Below, piece after piece: positions 1-8,556 of a stretch of DNA of 47,257 nt (position 1 is its first letter; the number at the start of each line of letters is the position of its first letter). This DNA comes from Acetobacteraceae bacterium (GTDB lineage Bacteria; Pseudomonadota; Alphaproteobacteria; Acetobacterales; Acetobacteraceae). The translations under genes were made by a program, and so were the position numbers. The stretch lies in NCBI GenBank assembly GCA_030037665.1, contig JASHQG010000152.1, positions 1-47,257 of the forward strand. Direction: 5' to 3'. The notes under the pieces are model-generated. The model saw nothing but the letters and a program-made list of their open reading frames with translations, was not told the DNA's origin and made no database searches.

Positions 1-183
1 GGCGGCGGACGCGGCGCGGCGGCCGGTGCGCTGATCGGCGGCGCCGTGGGTGCAATCGGCGGCGCGGCAACGACGCCAACGCCACCGCCTCCGGGCTACT
101 ATCAGCAGCCGGGTGGCTACTATCAGCAGCCGGGTGGCTACTATCAGCAACCGCCCCCGCCGCCACCGCCTCCGGGCTATTAG
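1..183 (+). CDS. 3' end of a small glycine-zipper (17-kDa-antigen/YMGG-like) membrane or lipoprotein with a Pro/Gln/Tyr repeat tail; the 5' end lies outside the window
   Basis: Frame 1 is open from base 1 to TAG 181-183 and reads GGGRGAAAGALIGGAVGAIGGAATTPTPPPPGYYQQPGGYYQQPGGYYQQPPPPPPPPGY*. A Gly/Ala zipper segment is followed by GYYQQPG repeats. It is absent from the ORF track because the start lies upstream. Confidence 0.55.
   Translation, partial: GGGRGAAAGALIGGAVGAIGGAATTPTPPPPGYYQQPGGYYQQPGGYYQQPPPPPPPPGY
94..153 (+). repeat. 21-bp tandem repeat, about 2.9 copies (ggctactatcagcagccgggt), encoding GYYQQPG
   Basis: Copies at 94-114 and 115-135 are identical. The third copy (136-153) diverges at its end. 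Confidence 0.9.
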
Positions 184-199
184 TACCGCTCGGAGCCGG

Positions 200-1069
200 T
201 CAGGCGTCGGCGAAGGCCGCGACCGGGACGCCCCCGACGCGCGCCTCAGCCCGGAAAAGCCCTCCGAGAGTCGGGAATTGCGCCAGCACGTCCGCTGCCT
301 TGCCTTCGCGAAGCGACGTCACGTAGACGTAGCCGTCAGCGAAGCATGGCATCGTCGGGCCGGGGACGGGGAACGGGAACCGCTCCAGCAGCTTCCCGGC
401 GGGTGAGAACTTATTGATGCACCCGGCCGACGGGCCGGCCGACCAGTAATTGCCATCGACGTCCACGGCGGCACCGTCGGGACGGCCCTCCTCGCTGCTG
501 AGTGTGGCGATGGGGCGGTGGTTGCTCATGCCGCCGGTCGCGGGGTCGAAGTCCCACGCTTCGATGATGCCGGGGGTGGAATCCGAGTGATACATAACCC
601 GGCCGTCCGGCGACCACGCCAGGCCGTTGGAGCACGCGCATCGTTCTGCCTTGCGTTCCATGCGCCCGTCGGCCGTCACGCGGTAGAGTGCGCCGATCGG
701 CTGGCGTGGCGAGTTCTCGTCCATGCTGCCGACCCAGAAGGCGCCGTCGGGACCGATCTTGCCGTCGTTCAGGCGATTGGTAGGCGGCTCCGAGATCGGT
801 ACCGTCAGAGGCTCGATACGGCGTGCGCGCGGGTCGTACAGCACGACACGATGACGCAGCGCGACGACCCATTTGCCAGAGCAGCAGAGGCCGAAGCTGC
901 CGACATTCTCGCCCAGTTCGTGGCTGTCACGCGCGCCGGTATCCACGGCGAGCGTGTTGATGCGGCCCCCCTGAATGTCACAGAACAACAGCCGCCGGTT
1001 TGCGTCGTCCCAGACCGGCGATTCGGCAACGGCACAGCGGGAGTCCCAGACCAGATCGAAGTTCAGCAT
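200..1069 (-). CDS. SMP-30/gluconolactonase/LRE-family lactonase-like protein
   Basis: The translation from MLNFDLVWDSRCAVAESPVWDD... carries typical beta-propeller motifs: SNGLAWSPDG, GRPDGAAVDVDGNYW, MPCFAD. Start chosen at the ATG at 1069; the upstream 49 codons of the track ORF are Arg/Pro-rich and not protein-like. Confidence 0.85.
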   Translation of the reverse strand: MLNFDLVWDSRCAVAESPVWDDANRRLLFCDIQGGRINTLAVDTGARDSHELGENVGSFGLCCSGKWVVALRHRVVLYDPRARRIEPLTVPISEPPTNRLNDGKIGPDGAFWVGSMDENSPRQPIGALYRVTADGRMERKAERCACSNGLAWSPDGRVMYHSDSTPGIIEAWDFDPATGGMSNHRPIATLSSEEGRPDGAAVDVDGNYWSAGPSAGCINKFSPAGKLLERFPFPVPGPTMPCFADGYVYVTSLREGKAADVLAQFPTLGGLFRAEARVGGVPVAAFADA

Positions 1070-1329
1070 GGCACGCGCCTTGAGGGTGGCCCACGGGGGT
1101 AGCATACACGCCCGACGAGGCACATCGGGTAGAGGTTCAACGCTTGGCGAGACGCGCATTCGCCTTCCGGGAAGATTCGGTGCGCAGGCCGCACCGGGCA
1201 TGGCGCACGCCCACACATCGATCGATTGCGGAAATATCGATCGGGGGCCGGAAGAGCGTCAGTGCCTGAGGTTCCGTCCGCCGCCGGGCCGGCGCGCCGC
1301 GGCCAATCTGTCATTGTACTGTTATACCA

Positions 1330-2322
1330 ATGCCACAGAGGCGCCATCACTCGTCGCCTATCACCGGCGAGACTGATCCAGTGCCCCCGGTGAGCAGTGC
1401 CACGACAACCATCGGCGCCATTGCGCGCCCTGTGCCGATCGCGCGTGGCCGCGCCCGCGCGCGTCCCGTCCTGCTCGCCGCACTCCTGCTGGCGCCCTCT
1501 GCGGTATTCCTGATTGCCTTCACGTACTGGCCGGTTCTGCAGGTGCTGCTGTCATCGTTCACCGTCAGCAGCTTCGGCGGTGCCGCGCATCGGGGCCTAG
1601 GCAACTACGCCCGGTTGTTGTCCGATCCGCACTTCGCGCGCGCCGTCGTCAATAATCTGATCTACGCCGCGGGCACGATCGTTCCCAGCCTCGCTCTCGC
1701 ACTCGCCTTCGCGCTTGGTCTGCGCGAGAGCACGCGCTTCGCCGTCGCTCTGCGCACGCTGATCGCGCTGCCGCTGCTGATCCCGTTGGTCGCCGTTGCG
1801 GCACTGTTCATTTTCATCTTCCTGCCCGGCGCAGGACTCCTGGACTATTACCTGGCCAAACTCGGCATCGGACAGACGAACTGGCTGGGTGACCCATCGC
1901 TGGCGCTCGGTTCCATCATCGCGATCACGATTTGGAAAAACACCGGTTACTACATGCTGTTTTTTCTCGCCGGCCTGTCTGGGATCCCGCAGGACTTCAT
2001 CGATGCGGCCAAGATCGACGGTGCCGGTGCGATGGCACGGTTCCGGCTCATCACGCTGCCCCTGCTGATGCCGACGCTCGCCTTCGTCACGGTGATCGCA
2101 CTGTTGAACGTGCTGACGCAGGTGGACCACGTCATCGTCATGACCTCAGGCGGGCCGGACGACGCGACTGCGCTGGTATTGTTCTACATCTATGAGCAAG
2201 CACACCAGAATTTTGATGTGGGATTGGCGTCGGCGGCGACCGCAGTGAGCGTGGCGTTCCTGTTTGCACTGTCGGTGGTGTCGCTGCGGACGCTGGAACG
2301 GGGTACCCATTATGAAAGTTGA
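1330..2322 (+). CDS. ABC transporter permease, CUT1 (MalF/UgpA-like) family
   Basis: Multiple hydrophobic spans and the EAA-type loop IDAAKIDGAGAMARFRLITLPLL. The start is uncertain: no clear SD at 1330, and internal GTG alternatives exist. Confidence 0.85.
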   Translation: MPQRRHHSSPITGETDPVPPVSSATTTIGAIARPVPIARGRARARPVLLAALLLAPSAVFLIAFTYWPVLQVLLSSFTVSSFGGAAHRGLGNYARLLSDPHFARAVVNNLIYAAGTIVPSLALALAFALGLRESTRFAVALRTLIALPLLIPLVAVAALFIFIFLPGAGLLDYYLAKLGIGQTNWLGDPSLALGSIIAITIWKNTGYYMLFFLAGLSGIPQDFIDAAKIDGAGAMARFRLITLPLLMPTLAFVTVIALLNVLTQVDHVIVMTSGGPDDATALVLFYIYEQAHQNFDVGLASAATAVSVAFLFALSVVSLRTLERGTHYES

Positions 2323-2568
2323 TGCTCCGCCTTCTGTGCCGATCCGCTTGCGTGCTGGCGATGCCATGCGGGGCAACAGGGTGCTGGCCCGACAAGCCGT
2401 GGCGGCCGGACGCCATGGTGGCACTCGCCACGACCGCCCACGTGGTGAGAGTCGCGCAGTCGATATCGTGGTCGATGATCGGGTTCACCGGGTGTTCGTT
2501 CCGGCTCTAGCCCCTCCGCGCGATCCGGTCGGTGAGCAGAAGCGCAGCCGGGGCGAACCGGCCGCAGC

Positions 2569-3393
2569 ATGACTCGCGCCAACCGACTGCCAGTTCTGCT
2601 GCTGCTAAGCGCCATCGGGTTCCTGTGGGCCACGCCGTTCGCCTGGATGGCGGTGGCCAGCCTTCGGCCCAATGCCGCCGGCGCGGCCGACATCGGCTCG
2701 ATTTTTCCGCACGGGCCGCTCAGCCTGGACAATTTCAGCGATGCCTGGAGCGAGGGGCATTTCCCGCTCTGGTATCTGAATACGATCCTGCTCTGCGGTG
2801 GTCTGCTGCTGGTGCAGTGTGTCACCGTCAGCCTCGCCGGTTACGCCTTCGCGCGATTGCGGTTCCCGTTCCGCAATACGGTGTTCTATCTGTTCCTGCT
2901 GCAGCTCATGCTGATCCCGCCCATCCTGATCGTGCCGAACATGACGACCCTGATCAGGTTGCACCTCTACGATTCCCTGGCGGGGATCGCGGCGCCTTAC
3001 TGCGCTTCGGCGTTCGGCACGTTCCTGATGCGCCAGACCTTCCGCACCATCCCGCGTGACTACGAGGAAGCCGCGATGATCGACGGCGCCTCAGTGCTCA
3101 CTGTCATTTTCCGCGTGCTACTGCCGCTTGCACGGCCGGGGCTCGTCGCCTTCGCCATTGTCTCTGTCACGACGCACTGGAACGAGTTTCTGTGGCCGTT
3201 GATGGCGACGTCCTCGCCGTCAACGCAGGTGTTGACGGTAGGGCTGGCATCGTTCACGTCCGGCGCCGAAGCGGGCTCGGAATGGGGCGTCATCGCCGCC
3301 GGCACGTTCTTTGTCGCGGCACCGCTGCTGCTGGTGTTCGTGGCATTTCAACGGCGCTTCGTCGCCAGTTTCACCTTCTCCGGAATCAAATAG
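2569..3393 (+). CDS. ABC transporter permease, CUT1 (MalG/UgpE-like) family
   Basis: Six predicted TM spans and the EAA loop EEAAMIDGASVLTVIFRVLLPLARPG. Same strand as the flanking transporter genes. Confidence 0.9.
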   Translation: MTRANRLPVLLLLSAIGFLWATPFAWMAVASLRPNAAGAADIGSIFPHGPLSLDNFSDAWSEGHFPLWYLNTILLCGGLLLVQCVTVSLAGYAFARLRFPFRNTVFYLFLLQLMLIPPILIVPNMTTLIRLHLYDSLAGIAAPYCASAFGTFLMRQTFRTIPRDYEEAAMIDGASVLTVIFRVLLPLARPGLVAFAIVSVTTHWNEFLWPLMATSSPSTQVLTVGLASFTSGAEAGSEWGVIAAGTFFVAAPLLLVFVAFQRRFVASFTFSGIK

Positions 3394-3405
3394 AGGGAGT
3401 CACGA

Positions 3406-4713
3406 ATGCGCCTGTTGCAAGCCGCGGCCGTCGCGCTTGCCCTGACCGTGGGCACAGCGCAAGCCGCCACCAATATCGATTTCTTCTTCCCTGTGCCGGT
3501 GCAGGGCAAGCTCGCGGTCGAGATGCAGAAGCTGATAGAACAGTTCGATCAGACGCATCCCGACATTCACGTCACCGCGGTTTACACTGGCAGCTACGAC
3601 GATACCAATCTGAAGACGCGCGCCGCGATCGAGGCCGGCCATTCGCCCGCCGTGGTGCTGATGAGCGCGAACTTCATCCGCGAATACTCAATCAACCACA
3701 ACGCGATATCGCTCGATTCGCTGATCCGGAAGAGCGGCCAAACGCCTGATCAGTACATGGCGGAGTTCTGGCCGGCGTTGAAGGTGAACGCGGTGCAGCA
3801 AGGGCGCGTCTACGGTGTGCCGTTCCAGAATTCGACGCCGCTGCTCTATTACAGCGTCGATGCGTTCAAGGATGCGGGCCTCGATCCGGACCATCCGCCG
3901 GCGACCTGGCGCGAATGGGTGGCCGACATGAAGAAGTTGGTCAAGCGAAAAGGCAGCCAGACGACCCGGTGGGGCCTGATGTTTCCCGGCACCTACGATT
4001 ACCTCGGCTGGATCACCAGCGGCCTCGCGATGGCAAACGGCGGCGACTATTACAACACCGGCTACGGTGGTGAGGTCTATTACAACACGCCGACCACGAT
4101 CGGCGCCGTGAAGCTGATCGACGCGATGGTGAACCAGTGGCACGTGATGCCGCCCGGTGTGACAGATGCCAACGCTGTGACGACAGCGTTCTTCCAGGGT
4201 CGCACCGCGATGATGATCCTCTCTACCGGGTCATTGTCCTTCGTACGGGAGAACATGAAGACGCCGTACAAGGTGGCGTTCCTGCCGCGCCGCTTCGTCA
4301 ACGCCGCGCCGATCGGCGGCGCCAGCCTGATCATCCCCAGCGGCAACTCACCCGAGAAAGAGGGCGCAGCCTGGACGCTGATCAACTGGCTGGTGAGCCC
4401 GGAAGTTGCCGCGCACTGGAGCCAGTTCACCGGCTATTTCGCACCGCGCATCGCGGCCTACGATCTGCCCGAGATGAAGAGCTATATGACGGCGCATCCC
4501 GATGCCAAGGTGGCGCTCGATCAGTTGCGATACGCACGGGGCTGGTTCGACAGCTATGACGTCGTCGCGGTGCGCAAGGCGCTTGAGGATGGCGTGCAGG
4601 CGGTGCTCGCCGGCAAGGACACCCCGGAGCATGCGATGGCCGCTGCGCAACAACGCGCTGATGCCCTGCTGGAGCCATATGTCGATCAGACGGCGCTGAA
4701 GCTGCCGCAGTAG
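3406..4713 (+). CDS. ABC transporter periplasmic substrate-binding protein (family 1, UgpB/sugar-like)
   Basis: Signal peptide MRLLQAAAVALALTVGTAQA. SD GAGGGAG lies 7 nt upstream. Length (435 aa) and motif pattern are typical of CUT1 SBPs. Starts 12 nt after the permease stop. Confidence 0.9.
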   Translation: MRLLQAAAVALALTVGTAQAATNIDFFFPVPVQGKLAVEMQKLIEQFDQTHPDIHVTAVYTGSYDDTNLKTRAAIEAGHSPAVVLMSANFIREYSINHNAISLDSLIRKSGQTPDQYMAEFWPALKVNAVQQGRVYGVPFQNSTPLLYYSVDAFKDAGLDPDHPPATWREWVADMKKLVKRKGSQTTRWGLMFPGTYDYLGWITSGLAMANGGDYYNTGYGGEVYYNTPTTIGAVKLIDAMVNQWHVMPPGVTDANAVTTAFFQGRTAMMILSTGSLSFVRENMKTPYKVAFLPRRFVNAAPIGGASLIIPSGNSPEKEGAAWTLINWLVSPEVAAHWSQFTGYFAPRIAAYDLPEMKSYMTAHPDAKVALDQLRYARGWFDSYDVVAVRKALEDGVQAVLAGKDTPEHAMAAAQQRADALLEPYVDQTALKLPQ

Positions 4714-5172
4714 TCCTCCGGTACCGAAGCGCCTCTTGGTTGGACCCGCCATCATCACCTCGGGTCACACCGGGTCGCCGATGCTTGGGTGGCAGCGTGG
4801 CCGGGCTTGTCCATTTCTCGGCGATGCAAGGCGAACGACACCAGCGTGCAACCTCGCGCCACACGAGCACGGGCTCAGGCGGCGGATGCCGAAACGTCGG
4901 TCGTGGTTCTTCCATACGCTCGGCATTCCGGAACCTTCCTGCCCGACCGAAGAGGCGGCCTGCCCGCCCAGGGGGCGGCAGCGCCGTGCGGGATAGCGGT
5001 GAGGCTGACCTGACGAAAGCGCTTGTCCAACGATACGCCCGTGTGACATGCTGCAGCGCAGCAAAGAAGCGTTGGAAGGCGAGGAGGCTCCTCAAAGCAG
5101 GCCTTGGTACACCCGGCTCCGGGGTGACGTTGTCGTGCGCCCGCGGGCCCCAAAACGAGGAGTGAGCCCGCC

Positions 5173-5634
5173 ATGCTCGACCGTCCGCGCGCCAACCTGC
5201 TCTCACACGTCAAGCCAGGCGACACGCCCTGGAGGGGCGAAGGATTGCGCGACTTCTTTCTCTATCGCGATCTCGGGGTTGCGGCGGCCACAGGCGGGCG
5301 CGTCATCGCCCAGCTCGTGAAGGCCAATGAACCGCCCGAACATGGCACGGGCTGGCACCGCCATGTCGCCGATTTCCATATCGTCATCATGCTGAAGGGC
5401 TGGGCGCGCTTCATGTACGAAGACAAAGAGCATCTGGTCGCCGCAGGCGACTGCGTGCACCAGCGTCCGGGCATCACCCACTACTTGTTCGACTACTCGC
5501 CGGACATGGAATACCTGGAAATCGCCGCGCCGGCGGATTTCAAGACTGTGGACGTCGAAGGTCCCTGCGCGGTACCCGCGCCGGGAAAATGGACTGAACC
5601 ACCTGCCGAGGGCCGTGCGGTGATTGCGCGTTAA
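5173..5634 (+). CDS. Cupin-domain protein
   Basis: Cupin motifs G-x-WHRH (GTGWHRHVADFH) and GDCVHQRPGITH. SD GAGGAG lies upstream of the ATG. Confidence 0.75.
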   Translation: MLDRPRANLLSHVKPGDTPWRGEGLRDFFLYRDLGVAAATGGRVIAQLVKANEPPEHGTGWHRHVADFHIVIMLKGWARFMYEDKEHLVAAGDCVHQRPGITHYLFDYSPDMEYLEIAAPADFKTVDVEGPCAVPAPGKWTEPPAEGRAVIAR

Positions 5635-5829
5635 TCACCAACTGCCCCAGCCGCTCAGCGCGCTGTGAAGAGGCTGTGCCGGAGCCGGCGAGTTCCTTCC
5701 CGGCAGGGAGAAGGGCGTCCTTGTTTTCTGTCACACCCGACGCCTTGCAGTGTTCGGTCCGTGTCGCGGCTCAAGCCTGAGAAGGATGGGCTCGGCACAT
5801 TGTGGCTCATAGTGACAAGGGGTCGCGGC

Positions 5830-6486
5830 TCAGAACTCGACTTCCAGCTCCTCAATCTGCTCGGGCTCGACGAGCGCCGCTTCGATCCATTCCTGCATCG
5901 GCTGCCAGGCGAAGACCTGAGCGGAGTAGCCATCGGAAGCGGGGTCGAGCGCCACGTCGTAGCTGCGGAAGCGCGTGGCGACCGGCGCGTACATCGCGTC
6001 CGCGACCGTGGGCCTGCGGCCGAACAACCAGGGGCCGCCCCACGTGGCCAGGCATTCGCGCCAGATTTCGGTAATGCGGTCGACGTCAGCGCGCGCCGCC
6101 GACCAGAGTTTGAAGCCCGGGCGGTGCGCCCGCAGGTTCATCGGCAGCGAGGAGCGCAGTGCGGAGAACCCGGAATGCATTTCACCGGCAATCGAGCGGC
6201 AACGCGCACGGGCCATGCGGTCGGTCGGATAGAGGCCAGCATTGGGGAACGTTTCATGAAGATATTCGGCTATGGCAAGCGTGTCCCAGACCGAGATGCC
6301 GTCGTGCACCAGGCAAGGCACGCGAATCGACGACGCCTTCAACAGAAGTTCCGCGCGCGTATTCGGGTCGTCCGGATCAACCACCTTCTCTTCGAACTCC
6401 AGCCGCGCGATGCGGGCCAGCAGAAAGCCACGCAGCGACCAGGAGGAGTAGTTTTTGCTGCTGATCAGAAGCGTCGCCACCGGCAT
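5830..6486 (-). CDS. Glutathione S-transferase family protein
   Basis: N-terminal thioredoxin-like part (ISSKNYSSWSLRGFLL, VPCLVHDGISVWDTLAIAEYL) plus a helical C-domain. SD AGGGGA before the ATG. Confidence 0.85.
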   Translation of the reverse strand: MPVATLLISSKNYSSWSLRGFLLARIARLEFEEKVVDPDDPNTRAELLLKASSIRVPCLVHDGISVWDTLAIAEYLHETFPNAGLYPTDRMARARCRSIAGEMHSGFSALRSSLPMNLRAHRPGFKLWSAARADVDRITEIWRECLATWGGPWLFGRRPTVADAMYAPVATRFRSYDVALDPASDGYSAQVFAWQPMQEWIEAALVEPEQIEELEVEF

Positions 6487-6566
6487 AGTTGCGTCCCCTG
6501 TCCTAAACCGCCATGCTGCGGTGCAACAACATACCGAAGAACGATCCTGAGACGCAACGCGCAGGC

Positions 6567-7787
6567 ATGATGTATCAACTCTACCAGGCGCAGGCGGATG
6601 CCCTGCTTCCCCTGCGCCGGCTCGCGCGGCTCGGAGCCGGCGTGCTGCGCCAGTTGGATTTCGGTCCCTATACGCCGCCTTTGCTGCGCGAGCTCGGGGC
6701 CGGGTGGGGCATGTTCGCGGAGCTCGGGCTCACGCATCAGCGGCCGTCGTTCGGGATCGATTGGGTCGCACTGGATGACAGGCCCGTCCAGGTGATGGAG
6801 GAAACGGCGGACGACACGCCGTTTGGCACTCTGCTGCATTTTCGCAAGGACAGTCCGGTGGTGCAGCCGCGCGTGCTGCTGGCAGCGCCGATGTCCGGAC
6901 ATTTCGCGACGTTGCTGCGCCACACGGTCGAAGTGATGCTGCCCGAGCATGACGTTTACATCACCGACTGGAAGAACGCGCGCGATGTTCCGCTGGCGGC
7001 AGGACGGTTTGGGCTGGAAACCTTCATCGATCACTTGATCCGCTTCCTCGAAGTCATCGGGCCGGGCGCACATGTCGTCGCGGTATGCCAGCCGACCGTG
7101 CCAGCGCTGGCGGCAACCGCGGTGATGGCGGAAACGGCAAACCCTGCGCTGCCCCGCAGTGTGACGCTGATGGCAGGGCCGATCGACACGCGCGTCAATC
7201 CGACTCGCGTGAACGAACTGGCACAGTCACAACCGATCGAATGGTTCGAGAAACACCTGATCACCACGGTGCCCTGGCGTTTCCGTGGTGCGTGCAGGCG
7301 GGTCTATCCGGGATTTCTGCAGTTGGCGGCTTTCATCAGCATGAACCTGGATCGCCATGTAGCCGCCCATTTCAACCAGTTCCGCAATCTGGTGGAGGGC
7401 AATGAGTCGGGCGCTCTGGCGCACCGGCAGTTCTACAGAGAATATGGTGCCGTGATGGACATGCCGGCGGAATTCTATCTGGAAACCGTCCAACAGGTGT
7501 TCCAGGGGCATCATCTACCGCTAGGCCGGCTGATGTGGCACGGACAGCGCATCCGACCAGAGGCAATTCGACGCACGGGCCTGCTGACCGTCGAAGGCGA
7601 GCGTGACGATATCTGCGCCATCGGGCAAACGATGGCCGCGCTGGATCTATGTTGCGGAATACGCGTCAACCTGAAACAGCACCATCTGCAGACCGCAGTC
7701 GGGCATTATGGCGTGTTCGCCGGCAAGCGCTGGGCGCGTGAAGTGTATCCGCGCGTGCGCGAGATGATCCAGGTAATGAACGATTGA
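6567..7787 (+). CDS. phaZ: Intracellular polyhydroxyalkanoate (PHB) depolymerase
   Basis: The N-terminus MMYQLYQAQADALLPLR and the overall 406-aa pattern match the intracellular PhaZ family. Start moved to the ATG at 6567. Confidence 0.85.
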   Translation: MMYQLYQAQADALLPLRRLARLGAGVLRQLDFGPYTPPLLRELGAGWGMFAELGLTHQRPSFGIDWVALDDRPVQVMEETADDTPFGTLLHFRKDSPVVQPRVLLAAPMSGHFATLLRHTVEVMLPEHDVYITDWKNARDVPLAAGRFGLETFIDHLIRFLEVIGPGAHVVAVCQPTVPALAATAVMAETANPALPRSVTLMAGPIDTRVNPTRVNELAQSQPIEWFEKHLITTVPWRFRGACRRVYPGFLQLAAFISMNLDRHVAAHFNQFRNLVEGNESGALAHRQFYREYGAVMDMPAEFYLETVQQVFQGHHLPLGRLMWHGQRIRPEAIRRTGLLTVEGERDDICAIGQTMAALDLCCGIRVNLKQHHLQTAVGHYGVFAGKRWAREVYPRVREMIQVMND

Positions 7788-7802
7788 TGCTGTGACAAGG
7801 TT

Positions 7803-7819
7803 GCGCAGACATTCTGCGC
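7803..7819 (+). terminator. Candidate stem-loop just downstream of phaZ (gcgcaga-cat-tctgcgc)
   Basis: Perfect 7-bp stem with a 3-nt loop, 16 nt after the phaZ stop. No U-tract follows, so function is uncertain. Confidence 0.25.
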
Positions 7820-7930
7820 CGGTGCGGGCACGATCACCGTGGCGCTGCGACAGTCGTGCCGAAGAGCTCAATCTCCAGACGCATTGGCAGCTCATCGAGG
7901 ACGCGGCCCATGACGTGCATGGCAAGGGTG

Positions 7931-8305
7931 TCAAATGGCTCGTCCAAGTAGCCATCGCCCCCGCGCAAAGCATTGCCGCCACGCACATCGGCGCCGGCAT
8001 CTAGGCATATCGCTGCGACATCTCACGTCCACCGTGTTGCCGGGGAAAATCCAGTGCCGCAGCGGGACGCCGTCGCGCGCCACCGCCAGGCCGACGACGA
8101 TCTGCGGTGCATCACAGCGACCGTTCTTCGAATGCCCGCGCCTGCGCGGTGCCATGCCGATTGAAATTTCCCCAAAAGTGCCGACTGACAATTCCCCACT
8201 TCGTTGTAGGCGCGGTCTGAGCCGGGGCTGCCACGGTGCTCGGAGCGGCATGCGGCGAGAACCAAAAAGTTCGAGTTTCCAACTCATCGGTCTGCATTGC
8301 GTCAA
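7931..8305 (-). pseudogene. Truncated IS1634/IS4-family transposase fragment
   Basis: The core at 8024-8152 reads APRRRGHSKNGRCDAPQIVVGLAVARDGVPLRHWIFPGNTVDV. This matches the conserved RGHSKD-RPDLPQ-VVGL-V-RDG-P-----FPGNT block of these transposases. The DDE domain expected downstream is missing and the frame breaks up before phaZ. Confidence 0.5.
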
Positions 8306-8556
8306 GTTGAGAACAATGGTCTGTGGTTAGAGACGCTTGCTTCTTGGTTCGTCCCGGGACCGATTCTCCCGTCTCCGTCAGCCGCTGTGAGACGGCTTTC
8401 ACGATCCACCAGTTACAAATGCCGGATGCGTGCCACCATAACCAACCCGCCTATGCCACACTCGTCCACCGGGGCATGGCGGAAACGGAAAACACCTCGC
8501 GGCGGAGAGGCGGCCCGACAAAGTCCCATGCTTCGGGCACAACAGGACAGTTCGTG

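Noticed and set aside
4900-5172. Possible cobalamin or other riboswitch upstream of the cupin gene
   Set aside because: No B12 box or other conserved riboswitch core could be identified by eye, so a claim would be guesswork without cmscan.
4427-5206. 259-aa minus-strand ORF and the overlapping 141-aa plus-strand ORF in the SBP-cupin spacer
   Set aside because: Extreme Arg/Pro/Gly/Ala composition, no SD and no motif. This is a consequence of GC richness.
8461-8512. Possible intrinsic terminator after ackA (CCTC-N8-GAGG followed by a T-rich run on the minus strand)
   Set aside because: The stem is only 4-5 bp with a large loop. That is not strong enough to annotate.
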